Shown here piece by piece: positions 38,113-47,784 of a stretch of DNA of 64,000 bases (positions within the stretch are counted from its first letter, which is position 1; each line of letters begins with the position of its first letter). The DNA lies in assembly GCA_002422915.1 (NCBI GenBank), contig DITV01000004.1, positions 104,261 to 168,260 of the forward strand, given 5' to 3'. Made by a program: the position numbers and the translations under genes. This stretch comes from Candidatus Saccharibacteria bacterium UBA6175. GTDB taxonomy: Bacteria > Patescibacteriota > Saccharimonadia > Saccharimonadales > Saccharimonadaceae. Below the pieces are notes generated by a model. It saw only the letters and a list, made by a program, of their open reading frames with translations. It had not been told where the DNA came from and ran no database searches.

Positions 38113-39169
38113 AGAGCTCCTTTTTGGCGGCGGCGAGACATTCATCGAGGGTTGGCAACAAGGGAATGCTGGCGGCGGCAAGGATCTCGGCAGCCTCCTC
38201 GAAGTTAGTGCCGGCAATGCGAATAAACAATGGTGGCAGGTCGCTGATGTGCTGACGGGCCGCCACAATGGCGCGGGCAACTTCATCTGCCCGAGTAATA
38301 CCGGCAAAGATGTTGATGATAATGACGCGTAGCTGCGGGTAGTCCATCAGGCGGTGAAAGGCTGCGAGAAGTGTTTCGGTTGAGGCGCCACCGCCAATGT
38401 CGAGGAAGTTAGCGGGGTGTAGGCCAGCATCAACAGCAGCGTCGACCGTTGCCATCGCCAGGCCAGCGCCGTTAGCGATGGTTGCGGTGTTACCCTGTTC
38501 GTTGATGGTGACGAAGTTGGCTTCAGACCCAGCTTCTTCAAACTGCCAGTCGTGACGGAAGGCGGCGGCATCGTCGAGCGTCATTTTGGCGTCGCCGGCC
38601 ACCAGACGATTATCGCTCGTCAGGATGAGCGGATTAATCTCGATCAGCAGGGCGTCGTTTTTAACGAGGCACGTTTTGAGGTTCTCGACCACATCTTGTA
38701 GGGCGAACGTTTGCTCGGGCAGTTCGTAGTAATCAGCCAGGGCCTGGCCCAGTACGTCGGCCGAATAGTCTTTTACCACCCACTCTTTGAAATCATGGTT
38801 GTCTTCTACCTCAATACCGCCCGTGCTGTGTGCCATAAGGATGATGGCCGATTGGTCACGGTCGACCCTGAGTGAGAGGTAGAGCTCGCGCTCAATAGCG
38901 AGCTTTTCTTCAGCAAGCAAGGAGTTGGGGAGCAGGTCTTTGATGGGGTGGGCGAAGAGTTGTTGGGTTGCTCCTTTAAGTTCTTCTTCGGATTCAACGA
39001 CCTTAATGCCACCCGCTTTGCCACGGCCACCGGTTGGAACTTGAGACTTGAGCACAGCCGGAAGTGTTACGCGCGGTGCAGGCTCGCCTTTCTTTACCAG
39101 CACGCCAGCTGGAACAGGAATACTGGCGTCGCGGAGGAGGTGTTTGGCTTCGTGTTCGAGGAGGTTCAT
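38105..39169 (-). CDS. sucC: succinate--CoA ligase beta subunit (ATP-grasp), short form
   Basis: MNLLEHEAKHLLRDASIPVP N-terminus, GGRGKAGGIKV, NGAGLAMATVD and DIGGGAS motifs. Confidence 0.85.
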   Translation of the reverse strand: MNLLEHEAKHLLRDASIPVPAGVLVKKGEPAPRVTLPAVLKSQVPTGGRGKAGGIKVVESEEELKGATQQLFAHPIKDLLPNSLLAEEKLAIERELYLSLRVDRDQSAIILMAHSTGGIEVEDNHDFKEWVVKDYSADVLGQALADYYELPEQTFALQDVVENLKTCLVKNDALLIEINPLILTSDNRLVAGDAKMTLDDAAAFRHDWQFEEAGSEANFVTINEQGNTATIANGAGLAMATVDAAVDAGLHPANFLDIGGGASTETLLAAFHRLMDYPQLRVIIINIFAGITRADEVARAIVAARQHISDLPPLFIRIAGTNFEEAAEILAAASIPLLPTLDECLAAAKKELYE

Positions 39170-39192
39170 TTATCTAAACTAATCGTGGGAAT

Positions 39193-40206
39193 TTACTTTG
39201 CGTAACCATTTGGATTTTTTTGCTGCCAGTTCCACATACTTCTACACCCATCTTCAATTGAAAGTTCCGCTTTCCAACCCAACTCTTTTTCTATAAGAGA
39301 AACGTCCGCATAACAACTGGCTATATCTCCGGGCCGTCGTCCAACTATTTCAAAAGGAACTTTCTTGCCACTTACTGACTCGAAGGCACTGATCATTTCC
39401 AGTACCGAGTCGGCTTTTCCCGTGCCAACGTTGTAGGCCTTATATTCATTTTCTTTTTTTAGGTTATCGAGGGCGGCAATATGTGCTCTCGCAAGGTCTA
39501 TAACGTGAATATAATCACGAACACCTGTCCCATCTGGTGTGTCGTAATCATCACCAAACACCTTAACAATGCTGCGCTTGCCCGCAGCAACTTGTGCAAC
39601 GAATGGAAGCAGGTTGTTGGGTGGTCCATCGGGGTCTTCTCCAATTAGTCCAGACTCGTGGGCACCGATAGGGTTGAAGTATCTGAGGCTAGTAATAGAC
39701 CAGCCTTGCCTAGAGGCAGAAACATCCTTCAGTATTTGTTCAATCATTTGTTTTGTCTGACCATACGGATTTGTCGCTCCATGTGAGTGAGATTCTGAGA
39801 CAGGAAGCTTCTGAGGGTCTCCGTACACGGTAGCGCTTGAACTAAATACTAGTTTTTTTACACCATAAGCATCCATGCTTGAAAGAAGGCTTAGTGTAGA
39901 CTCAAGGTTGTTTCTATAGTAAAGCAGGGGCTTTTCAACCGACTCACCGACAGCCTTTAGACCCGCAAAATGGATCACCGCGCTAATGTCCTGGTCTTTG
40001 AATATCTTATTAAGGCCATTCTGATCACGTAGATCAACGTTGTAAAAGACTATCTTTTGTCCTGTGATTTTCTCTACCCGCCGTATTGATTCGGATGAGC
40101 TATTTGAGAGGTTATCTACAACCACAACACGATGGTCTTTTGCAATGAGTTCTATTAGTGTATGTGAACCTATGTAACCAGAACCACCAGTAACGAGAAT
40201 ATTCAT
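39193..40206 (-). CDS. galE: UDP-glucose 4-epimerase
   Basis: MNILVTGGSGYIGSH Rossmann motif, SSSATVYG, and the YGQTK catalytic motif. Confidence 0.9.
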   Translation of the reverse strand: MNILVTGGSGYIGSHTLIELIAKDHRVVVVDNLSNSSSESIRRVEKITGQKIVFYNVDLRDQNGLNKIFKDQDISAVIHFAGLKAVGESVEKPLLYYRNNLESTLSLLSSMDAYGVKKLVFSSSATVYGDPQKLPVSESHSHGATNPYGQTKQMIEQILKDVSASRQGWSITSLRYFNPIGAHESGLIGEDPDGPPNNLLPFVAQVAAGKRSIVKVFGDDYDTPDGTGVRDYIHVIDLARAHIAALDNLKKENEYKAYNVGTGKADSVLEMISAFESVSGKKVPFEIVGRRPGDIASCYADVSLIEKELGWKAELSIEDGCRSMWNWQQKNPNGYAK

Positions 40207-40233
40207 GATTCTACTATATAGCACAATTCTGGA

Positions 40234-41202
40234 TTAGTGTTTTGCGACAGGTGGTTTTCCTTTATATACAAGACACTCTATATACCTATTGGTGACTTTA
40301 CGTTTTTTTTGTATCACACCTCTTTCGGCGATTTTCTTAGGAGTAAGAGCGATTGCTTGTAAAAAACCGCTCAAGAAAGCAGTGAATCCACCCTTAACAA
40401 TTCGTGCTGCAAACATTCTCCCGTAGCGATAAAAGACACCCGGCAGCCATTTCCATAAAAGTTGTTGAGGTACATTTTTTATGAAGAGTAGCCAGAAGTT
40501 TCTTGCAGACTGCTTGATGGCGAAGTAGCCAAGCTTGTTACTTGTTGCGGAAAGTTTATGATAAACAACCGCAGACGGTTCATAGCGTACTGTCCAGCCG
40601 GCAAGCTGCGCTCTAAAGCTTATATCTACATCTTCGTAATACGCAAAAAAATCTTCGTCAAATAGGCCGATGTCTTTAAATAGAGAAGAGCGATACATAC
40701 TAGCACCGCCACTTGCCCCAAATACGACTAAACTATTGTCGTACTGACCGATATCTTTCTCGCCTCTGCCCCTCGGGAAAGGCATTCCGGTGGTAGTATA
40801 CCAGTCGCCCGTTGAATCAAGTTTTCCGGTGTCAGAGATAAGAATTTTACTGGTTACAATCCCAACACTATCCTCTTCATCAAGAACGCGTACAAGATTT
40901 TGAATCCACGAAGGACTTGCGATGGCATCATTGTTAAAAAGACAAACATAATCGAATTCATTATTGAGAGCAAATTTTATGCCAACATTTACACCACCCG
41001 CAAAACCAAGATTTTTAGGCTGCTCAAGAACGGATATTTTTTTGCCATATCCATCGAGCACTTTCGTGGAATTGTCGACAGAACCGTTTTCGACCACAAT
41101 AATTGAAATGTTTTTGAAAGTTTGCTTTAAGAGTGAGTCAAGGCAGCTCTTCAGTAGATCTGCTCCGTTCCAGTTCGGGACTATGATTGCAACCCTGTTC
41201 AT
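40234..41202 (-). CDS. glycosyltransferase family 2 (rhamnosyltransferase-like)
   Basis: VAIIVPNWNGADLL, VVENGSVDNS, NNDA and YYEDVDISFR motifs. Confidence 0.85.
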   Translation of the reverse strand: MNRVAIIVPNWNGADLLKSCLDSLLKQTFKNISIIVVENGSVDNSTKVLDGYGKKISVLEQPKNLGFAGGVNVGIKFALNNEFDYVCLFNNDAIASPSWIQNLVRVLDEEDSVGIVTSKILISDTGKLDSTGDWYTTTGMPFPRGRGEKDIGQYDNSLVVFGASGGASMYRSSLFKDIGLFDEDFFAYYEDVDISFRAQLAGWTVRYEPSAVVYHKLSATSNKLGYFAIKQSARNFWLLFIKNVPQQLLWKWLPGVFYRYGRMFAARIVKGGFTAFLSGFLQAIALTPKKIAERGVIQKKRKVTNRYIECLVYKGKPPVAKH

Positions 41203-41233
41203 ATAACCGAGTATAACTTATAATATTTAGGAT

Positions 41234-42055
41234 ATGTTCGTAAATCTCAGAAGAACGCTAAAACGAAAAAATATTATTCTGCTACGCGAGCTAGTAATCA
41301 CTGATTTTAAGCTAAGGTACCAGGGATCATTTTTAGGATACGTTTGGTCACTCCTTAGACCCCTTTTGTTGTTCGCAATAATGTATCTTGTATTTGTATA
41401 CTTCCTTCGATTCGGAGAGGGCATAGAGCACTTTGCTGTATCTCTTTTGTTGGGGATTGTTATGTGGACGTTCTTCTCAGAAGCCACAAACCAGGGAATG
41501 CGGGCAATCATCGATAGGGGAGATCTACTAAGAAAGATTAACTTCCCGAAATACATCTTAGTCATCTCAGCTACAATATCGGCACTTATAAATTTCACAC
41601 TAAATCTTATCGTAGTTTTCGTCTTTATGTTGCTGGATGGCGTGAACTTTGGCTGGACAGCGCTTTTGTTCCCTTTTACTATTTTGCTACTTTACATTTT
41701 TTCACTATCCCTAGCGTTTTTTCTAGCGGCAGTAAACGTTAAATTTAGAGACATAGGCCATATATGGGAAATACTTTTACAGGCCCTATTCTACGCAACC
41801 CCAATACTTTACCCGGTTCAAATGGTCATGGCGTTTAGCGTTACGGCCGCACAGTTCTTACTTTTGAATCCACTTGCAGCACTGTTTCAAAATTCAAGGG
41901 CACAACTTTTTGGTTACGAAAACGTAGTAACACCAAGCCAGCTTTTTTCTAGTACTTTATGGCTAGCCATTCCTTATATGATTATTTTGGCGACGATCTT
42001 TATATCAATTTGGTACTTTAGAAGAAGTCAATCCAAGTTTGCGGAGATTGTTTGA
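41234..42055 (+). CDS. ABC-2 type polysaccharide/teichoic-acid exporter permease (Wzm/TagG-like)
   Basis: 273 aa. RELVITDFKLRYQGSFLGYVWSLLRP N-terminal signature and six TM helices. Confidence 0.85.
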   Translation: MFVNLRRTLKRKNIILLRELVITDFKLRYQGSFLGYVWSLLRPLLLFAIMYLVFVYFLRFGEGIEHFAVSLLLGIVMWTFFSEATNQGMRAIIDRGDLLRKINFPKYILVISATISALINFTLNLIVVFVFMLLDGVNFGWTALLFPFTILLLYIFSLSLAFFLAAVNVKFRDIGHIWEILLQALFYATPILYPVQMVMAFSVTAAQFLLLNPLAALFQNSRAQLFGYENVVTPSQLFSSTLWLAIPYMIILATIFISIWYFRRSQSKFAEIV

Positions 42056-43245
42056 TGCGTGATGATATTGCAATTTCAGTGAAGAATGTTAGTAAATCAT
42101 TTCGTCTTCCGCACGAGCAGCACAGCGGATTTAAGCAGTTCCTAATCAACGCTCTTACAAAGGGCGTCAAGAAAGGCTATGAAAACCAACATGTACTTAG
42201 TGATGTATATTTTGAGATAAAGAAAGGAGAGTTTTTTGGTGTTGTCGGAAGAAACGGGTCTGGAAAAAGTACATTACTGAAGATCTTGGCCGGCATATAT
42301 AATCCAGACAGAGGAGAGGTTTCGGTTAACGGAACACTCGTTCCTTTCATAGAATTAGGTGTTGGCTTCAATCCAGAGCTTACGGGCCGTGAAAACGTCT
42401 TTTTGAACGGCGCACTACTTGGATTTAGTCGAAAAGAGATCGACACCATGTATAAAGAGATTGTTGATTTTGCGGAACTGAATAGATTCATGGACCAGAA
42501 ACTTAAGAATTATAGCTCAGGAATGCAGGTAAGGCTTGCATTCTCAATCGCTATCAGGGCTCAAAGTGACATTCTTGTTCTGGATGAGGTGCTCGCCGTG
42601 GGCGACGAAGCCTTTCAGAGAAAATGCTTTGCATATTTCGCAGAGCTCAAGAAACAGAAAAAAACAGTCATTCTAGTTACACACAGTATGGATTCTGTAC
42701 AGCAGTTCTGTACTCGTGCCATGCTTATAGACAAGGGCGAGGTTTTACAAATAGGGAAGACAAGCAGGGTCGCTGAAAAATATACAGAGCTTAACAACAT
42801 TCCGCGTGCTACGTTGACAGAAAAAATCAAATCAAAAAATGTAGCTACAAAAAGTCAAGTCGATGTTAAAGCGGATTGTAGTGTCGGTGACGACTTTATT
42901 AGCTTTAGCATTAGTGCAGGCTCAGCCCGGTTGTTGCCCGACACCGTCGTCACCATTGTTATAAACAAGAGTTCAGGTGAGAAAGTTTTCCAATGGTCTA
43001 CAGATCATGAGTCGGAAGAACCAATCATTATTAATAAGTCAAACCCCGTTTTTATTAGGCTAAAAATAGCCAACATCTTTCCCGACGGGAGATACGATGT
43101 TCAGATAGGTGTGAAAACGGTTGACCGCTCGACGTTATACGGAATATTCAATCAGATTTGTACATTCGACATCGTTAATCCGAATCCAAAGAAGAGAGAC
43201 TCAAACTGGAAGCCAGCGGTTAAGGCAGAGGTAATTATCAAATGA
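42052..43245 (+). CDS. ABC exporter ATP-binding protein (Wzt/TagH-like) with a C-terminal extra domain
   Basis: Walker A GRNGSGKST, signature YSSGMQVRL, Walker B ILVLDE. About 150 aa of additional C-terminal beta-rich domain. Confidence 0.88.
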   Translation: MMRDDIAISVKNVSKSFRLPHEQHSGFKQFLINALTKGVKKGYENQHVLSDVYFEIKKGEFFGVVGRNGSGKSTLLKILAGIYNPDRGEVSVNGTLVPFIELGVGFNPELTGRENVFLNGALLGFSRKEIDTMYKEIVDFAELNRFMDQKLKNYSSGMQVRLAFSIAIRAQSDILVLDEVLAVGDEAFQRKCFAYFAELKKQKKTVILVTHSMDSVQQFCTRAMLIDKGEVLQIGKTSRVAEKYTELNNIPRATLTEKIKSKNVATKSQVDVKADCSVGDDFISFSISAGSARLLPDTVVTIVINKSSGEKVFQWSTDHESEEPIIINKSNPVFIRLKIANIFPDGRYDVQIGVKTVDRSTLYGIFNQICTFDIVNPNPKKRDSNWKPAVKAEVIIK

Positions 43246-45422
43246 GTGAAGTTAAGTTTGCTCTATTCAAGTATTCAACGAGTAACAATATAGGTGACGA
43301 GATACAGAGCATTGCTGCTAGGCAGTTCTTGCCTCGAGTCGATTATTATATAGATCGCGATAGGGCTGGATCTTGGGCTAACCACAATCAGGACGAGCGA
43401 GTGAAGCTGATTGCAAACGGCTGGTTTATGAGCAGCCCATACGAGTGGCCCCTAACCGACAAGACACTAGACCCACTCCTCGTCTCGATCCATGTTAATC
43501 AAACAGATCCAGAGGTCATGAAAAGCTTTTCAAGCAAAGAGAGCATAGATTATATAAATAATCATAGTCCAATCGGCGCTAGGGGCAAGTCAACCCTGTC
43601 GCTATTAAGCAAAGCCGGACTAGACTCATATTTCTCTGGTTGTATGACCCTTACGATTCAAAAGGACCAAAGAATAAGGAAAAGAGACTTCATGCTCGCC
43701 GTATCAGTTTCTGATGAGTCATATGAACACATAAAAGAAAACACATCTAGAAAGGTCATAAGAATTAACCCTTATGTTGATCGAGGCCTTGGACACTTAG
43801 ATAAACTGAGGATTGCAGAGTATACCCTTGCTCTTTATCAGTCCGCGGCTTGTGTCGTAACCACAAAGCTCCACACAATGCTACCGTGCCTAGCTCTTGA
43901 AACACCGGTACTTTTTCTTGAAGAGAATGAATCATTTGACCCCGCAAGGTTTGATGGCCTCACATCATTGGTCAACGGCGTAAATAAAGACAACCTTTTG
44001 GCGAGAAAATATAAATATGATTATAACAACCCCCCAGCCAACCCACCAAAGTACAAAAAAATCAGAAACCAACTTATAAAGACGGCATCCGGGTTCACAC
44101 AACATAGCCCGAAAGGATCCTTTCTTCGTATGGTTGGTGTCGGTGAGCTTAATTCGTTCGAAACCATGGTTGAGCAGGCTGACCCTAATGCCGAACTGAG
44201 TATTAGCGAGCTCCTGAGACAAATAAAGAGACCTGTCTTTTCAATAATTATGCCTGCATATAATGCCGGGAGGTACTTGGAAGAGGCGGTTTCAGGTATA
44301 TTAGACCAATCATTTACAGATTTCGAGTGTATCATTGTTGACGACGGGTCGACTGACGGATCTGTCGAGCGCCTATTTAGTAAACTAGTAAATGAACCAC
44401 GATTCTCTGTTATCTATCAGAAAAATGCCGGACTTTCGGCCGCAAGAAATTGCGGATACGCAAGAGCTCGAGGTGAGTACGTTCTTTTTTTGGATTCAGA
44501 CGATAGATTTTCCGACCAACTTCTAGAACTTATTTACGAAAAAGTCGATGGTTCACATCCCGACATAGTTGTGTACAACCACTCCGTGCTTGACGACAAG
44601 AGCGGCTATGTAACCGATGCGGTACATGAACTCGACGAGCTATCTAGACGCGGGTGCGTTAACCCTACGTTAATAGCGGATATAATTTTTAACGTTTTCG
44701 GAAATCAAGTTTGGACCAAAGCGTTTAAAAGAAACTTTCTTGATAAGAATAACCTAACATTCATTGAATCACTTAAGAGAGCTGAAGACATACCGTTTAC
44801 ATATCCCGCACTCTTACTTGCTAAAAGCATAGCTGTTATCGATAAACCACTTGTTGAATATAGAGTCAACACAGGCTCTTCAAATAGTGACAGCATGGCC
44901 CCCCACTATAAGGACATTTTCATTGCACTAGATAAGCTTTATGAGTATATAAATAGCACAACTCCCGAACCCCAGAGATATCACAGGAGCTTCAGCCGTC
45001 TATTCATGGAGAATGTATACTACAATATCTATTCTCTTGTTCTTGCGGATGTGTTCGAGGCTGAGCTCGGCTTGGCAGCTATCTACATGAAGAGGCTTAG
45101 CATTAGTAGAGAAGATATAGTTGAGCAAGACTCCGTTGATTTAAGAATATATGACGCAATAAAGGCGGCTGATAGTAGGGAGCTGCTTAGGCTCATACTT
45201 TCCAAGGAAAAGGACGCTCGCTTTACGAGCAACCTTGAAGCCAATCGCCACAAGCTACACATTCTAAATCTCGAGGCAGAAATTGAGAGTAAAACGAAGC
45301 AGATTGATGAGCTACGACGTGAGATAACGACGATGGAGAAAAAATTAGACAAGGTGCTTAGGTACCCTCGCAAAGCAAGGTCAGCCATAAACTCTATTCT
45401 TACATTACGGAAGAAGCAATAA
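43242..45422 (+). CDS. fusion protein: polysaccharide pyruvyl-transferase-like N-domain, GT2 domain and C-terminal coiled coil
   Basis: N-terminal YSTSNNIGDEIQSIAA. Central FSIIMPAYNAGRYLEEAV...IIVDDGSTDGS...LDSDD. Heptad-like C-terminus (LEAEIESKTKQIDELRREITTMEKKL). Confidence 0.7.
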   Translation: MSEVKFALFKYSTSNNIGDEIQSIAARQFLPRVDYYIDRDRAGSWANHNQDERVKLIANGWFMSSPYEWPLTDKTLDPLLVSIHVNQTDPEVMKSFSSKESIDYINNHSPIGARGKSTLSLLSKAGLDSYFSGCMTLTIQKDQRIRKRDFMLAVSVSDESYEHIKENTSRKVIRINPYVDRGLGHLDKLRIAEYTLALYQSAACVVTTKLHTMLPCLALETPVLFLEENESFDPARFDGLTSLVNGVNKDNLLARKYKYDYNNPPANPPKYKKIRNQLIKTASGFTQHSPKGSFLRMVGVGELNSFETMVEQADPNAELSISELLRQIKRPVFSIIMPAYNAGRYLEEAVSGILDQSFTDFECIIVDDGSTDGSVERLFSKLVNEPRFSVIYQKNAGLSAARNCGYARARGEYVLFLDSDDRFSDQLLELIYEKVDGSHPDIVVYNHSVLDDKSGYVTDAVHELDELSRRGCVNPTLIADIIFNVFGNQVWTKAFKRNFLDKNNLTFIESLKRAEDIPFTYPALLLAKSIAVIDKPLVEYRVNTGSSNSDSMAPHYKDIFIALDKLYEYINSTTPEPQRYHRSFSRLFMENVYYNIYSLVLADVFEAELGLAAIYMKRLSISREDIVEQDSVDLRIYDAIKAADSRELLRLILSKEKDARFTSNLEANRHKLHILNLEAEIESKTKQIDELRREITTMEKKLDKVLRYPRKARSAINSILTLRKKQ

Positions 45423-45423
45423 A

Positions 45424-46077
45424 ATGAAAATATCGATCCTTATGCTAACCTATAATGCGCCAATTTATGTGTTAAGAAGTATTTGGGGTTTAAAAACAAA
45501 AACAACAACACCGAATTTTACATATGAGTTGGTTGTTGTTGATAATAAATCGAAGAACCCAACAAGAGCGCTGCTATTTATGTTGCAATTATTCGGTATG
45601 ATTGACAAGTTATATTTCAACTCAAACAATGACCTATTTGCGGGTGGCAACAACATCGCAGCATCACTTGCATCGAAGGACTCCAGCCTGCTCCTTTTGT
45701 TAAATAGCGATATCAAAATTGTTGATTCAGATTGGCTATTTAATTTATATAGTAGACACGAGTCTGGTGTGACTGCTTACGGTTTGGTCGATAATCCAAG
45801 AAGGGCGGACGGCTATTGTTATCTTGTTGACGCATCTTTATATAAAAAATACCCACTCGACGAAGAATATCAGTGGTGGTGGAGCATAACTAAACAACAG
45901 GCAATGATACTCCAAGAAAACGTTGTAAGGGCGTATCGTGATCATGAAACGCAACTACACCACTACGGAGGTAAATCAGGTAAAGGCTATAAAGATGCTC
46001 GGGGCATGGATATTGATCTTGCTCAGGTTAAAAAGTGGTTTAAGTCTGGAAATCGCGTAAAAGAGCTTAAGTTTTAA
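45424..46077 (+). CDS. GT2-like glycosyltransferase (divergent)
   Basis: KISILMLTYNAP start, VVVDNKS and LLLLNSDI motifs. Confidence 0.55.
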   Translation: MKISILMLTYNAPIYVLRSIWGLKTKTTTPNFTYELVVVDNKSKNPTRALLFMLQLFGMIDKLYFNSNNDLFAGGNNIAASLASKDSSLLLLLNSDIKIVDSDWLFNLYSRHESGVTAYGLVDNPRRADGYCYLVDASLYKKYPLDEEYQWWWSITKQQAMILQENVVRAYRDHETQLHHYGGKSGKGYKDARGMDIDLAQVKKWFKSGNRVKELKF

Positions 46078-46085
46078 GCTGTAGT

Positions 46086-47777
46086 CTATATCTCAACAAG
46101 ATCCTTTGCTGATACCACAGCCTCTATTCCGTTTAGTGTATTATTCTCCGTCCTGAAGTACCACTGGTTATCCAGCAGAATTTTGCTCGAAAACTTAATT
46201 GTCCTGTTACGCTCTAGTGTGTCGTAAATTTGGTTACTGTATGGATTGAATCTAAGCGAAGATCTGCTTAGCTTTAGTTCTCGAGGATTCTCAAATGGCT
46301 CAAAGCAGGCGCTTCTCAAATCTGAAGCTACAAAAAAGATGTTTGTAGACTCTCTCTGCTGATCTTGAAAATACCATACACCATTAACAAGCGTCTTTCT
46401 TGTGACAAAGTAAGTACCCGGAGCAGAAACACCCGTGACGGAACCCGCTGTTGGGTCTGTGAGGTCTATGGCTGAGTTTGAGCAGAAGTTGCGTGGACCG
46501 TCAAGCGCAACAGGCATAAAGCCAGAAGTAAAGCGAGAGTGGATACCGACATCCTGAGAGTTATTCTTGTTGAATTCAGTTCGGTAATACAAGTTCCCGT
46601 TAATAGTAATCTCTTCGACAACCCTTACTGAGGTGCCTTTCTTCAGCTCACCACCAACGGATGTACGTGATGCAGGGTGTGACCTGTTGGCGTCTACTGT
46701 AATCGTGACCCACCTCGGCTCAATCGGAGTGTAGGGTATTTCTTCAAGGTCTTGCTGGGGTATTGCAAAAAGCCCTCCGTCATTGTTATTAAACTCTGTT
46801 CTCAAGTACCACTTACCAAGCACCTCTATTTTATCGATGAATCTGAGCTGTCTTCCAACTTGAAAAGTTTCACCAACGCCGCTAAGTGTCATTACATCTA
46901 CTTTTTGTGCCCCGTCTCTTTTCACCTGCATCCACCTTGGCCTAGTCAGGGTCTCAAAGTTGTTATAATACGTCGGCCCAAACCAAGAGGTAAAGAAAAG
47001 ATAAAAATTCCTATTGCCATATGCGCCGCAGGCGGCACTACCCCACCCTGCATCTAGTGAGGCCTGATTTGGCTGATAGGGAGTGTAGTTGTAGAGTGCC
47101 TGAGTTGCCCTGTTTTGGATGTTGACAATGCTACCACCACAAGATGTGTTTGGGCTGAACTGTATGTAGTTGTTGCCCACAACATAAGGCGTGAACCAAG
47201 TTGGGCTCTGGTTCATGATTGCTCTGAACATTCTTGCTGACCAGGTGAGTTGGTTGGTAAGGCCAAAATACTGTTCATCACATGGCGCAGTATCAGGGCA
47301 TCCGTATCCGGTTGCTGTTCGGTATTGTGAAGACCCAGGAATAGGCCAGTCGTCTGTTATAAGACTCTGCTCCTTCTGGAGCAATACAATCAGAACCTGT
47401 GGGTTTATAGAGAACTGTTGCGACACTTCGTATATGATCTGAGATGCACGTTTACCGTTTTCGCTAAAGTCTCGCAAGCAGGTGAAGGGCGGTGAGTAAC
47501 CTCTTGCTGCCGCCCATTGCGCCCTAGTGCCACCACCAAATTCAGACGGTTTAGTACCAAAAGTATCACAGATGGGTACACGCGCCTCAAGAAAAGCCTG
47601 TATCTGTTGTGCACTCATGGTGTCCTTGTTTGTAAAAACGGTATCGTCCATGATGCGACCTGCTTGAAATCCAATTACTGGGTTTGCACTAACTGGTGTG
47701 AATAGCAGAAGACTCAAGAAGAAAGAGGATGTGATCAGTAGGGTGCTGCCTAGGTATATTTGCTTAATAGTTATCAT
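46086..47777 (-). CDS. secreted cell-wall-associated protein with four SH3b-like W-Y/F-x-R-T-E repeats
   Basis: Signal peptide. N-domain SINPQVLIVLLQKEQSLITD...GYGCPD. Repeats GKWYLRTEFN, GNLYYRTEFN, GVWYFQDQQ and NQWYFRTENN. Confidence 0.55.
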   Translation of the reverse strand: MITIKQIYLGSTLLITSSFFLSLLLFTPVSANPVIGFQAGRIMDDTVFTNKDTMSAQQIQAFLEARVPICDTFGTKPSEFGGGTRAQWAAARGYSPPFTCLRDFSENGKRASQIIYEVSQQFSINPQVLIVLLQKEQSLITDDWPIPGSSQYRTATGYGCPDTAPCDEQYFGLTNQLTWSARMFRAIMNQSPTWFTPYVVGNNYIQFSPNTSCGGSIVNIQNRATQALYNYTPYQPNQASLDAGWGSAACGAYGNRNFYLFFTSWFGPTYYNNFETLTRPRWMQVKRDGAQKVDVMTLSGVGETFQVGRQLRFIDKIEVLGKWYLRTEFNNNDGGLFAIPQQDLEEIPYTPIEPRWVTITVDANRSHPASRTSVGGELKKGTSVRVVEEITINGNLYYRTEFNKNNSQDVGIHSRFTSGFMPVALDGPRNFCSNSAIDLTDPTAGSVTGVSAPGTYFVTRKTLVNGVWYFQDQQRESTNIFFVASDLRSACFEPFENPRELKLSRSSLRFNPYSNQIYDTLERNRTIKFSSKILLDNQWYFRTENNTLNGIEAVVSAKDLVEI

Positions 47778-47784
47778 CGTCAGG

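Noticed and set aside
38113-38307. The track's 65-aa N-terminal extension of sucD (Pro/Cys-rich), plus similar 5' extensions of dnaA (to 32578), the sugar transferase (to 59886), hsp20 (from 13286), P3 (to 14836), P6 (to 15945) and the FemAB gene (to 1786).
   Set aside because: The extensions overlap upstream genes or promoter elements, lack similarity to the families, and have internal ATGs with good RBS spacing that give canonical N-termini.
41227-41598. Antisense or alternative-frame ORFs within well-supported genes. Examples: 41227-41598 minus; 2379-2822 minus; 22807-23403 minus; 50578-51048 plus; 57044-57433 plus; 57775-58116 plus.
   Set aside because: Each is fully contained in, and antisense or out of frame to, a gene with strong family-level evidence. 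None has independent support.
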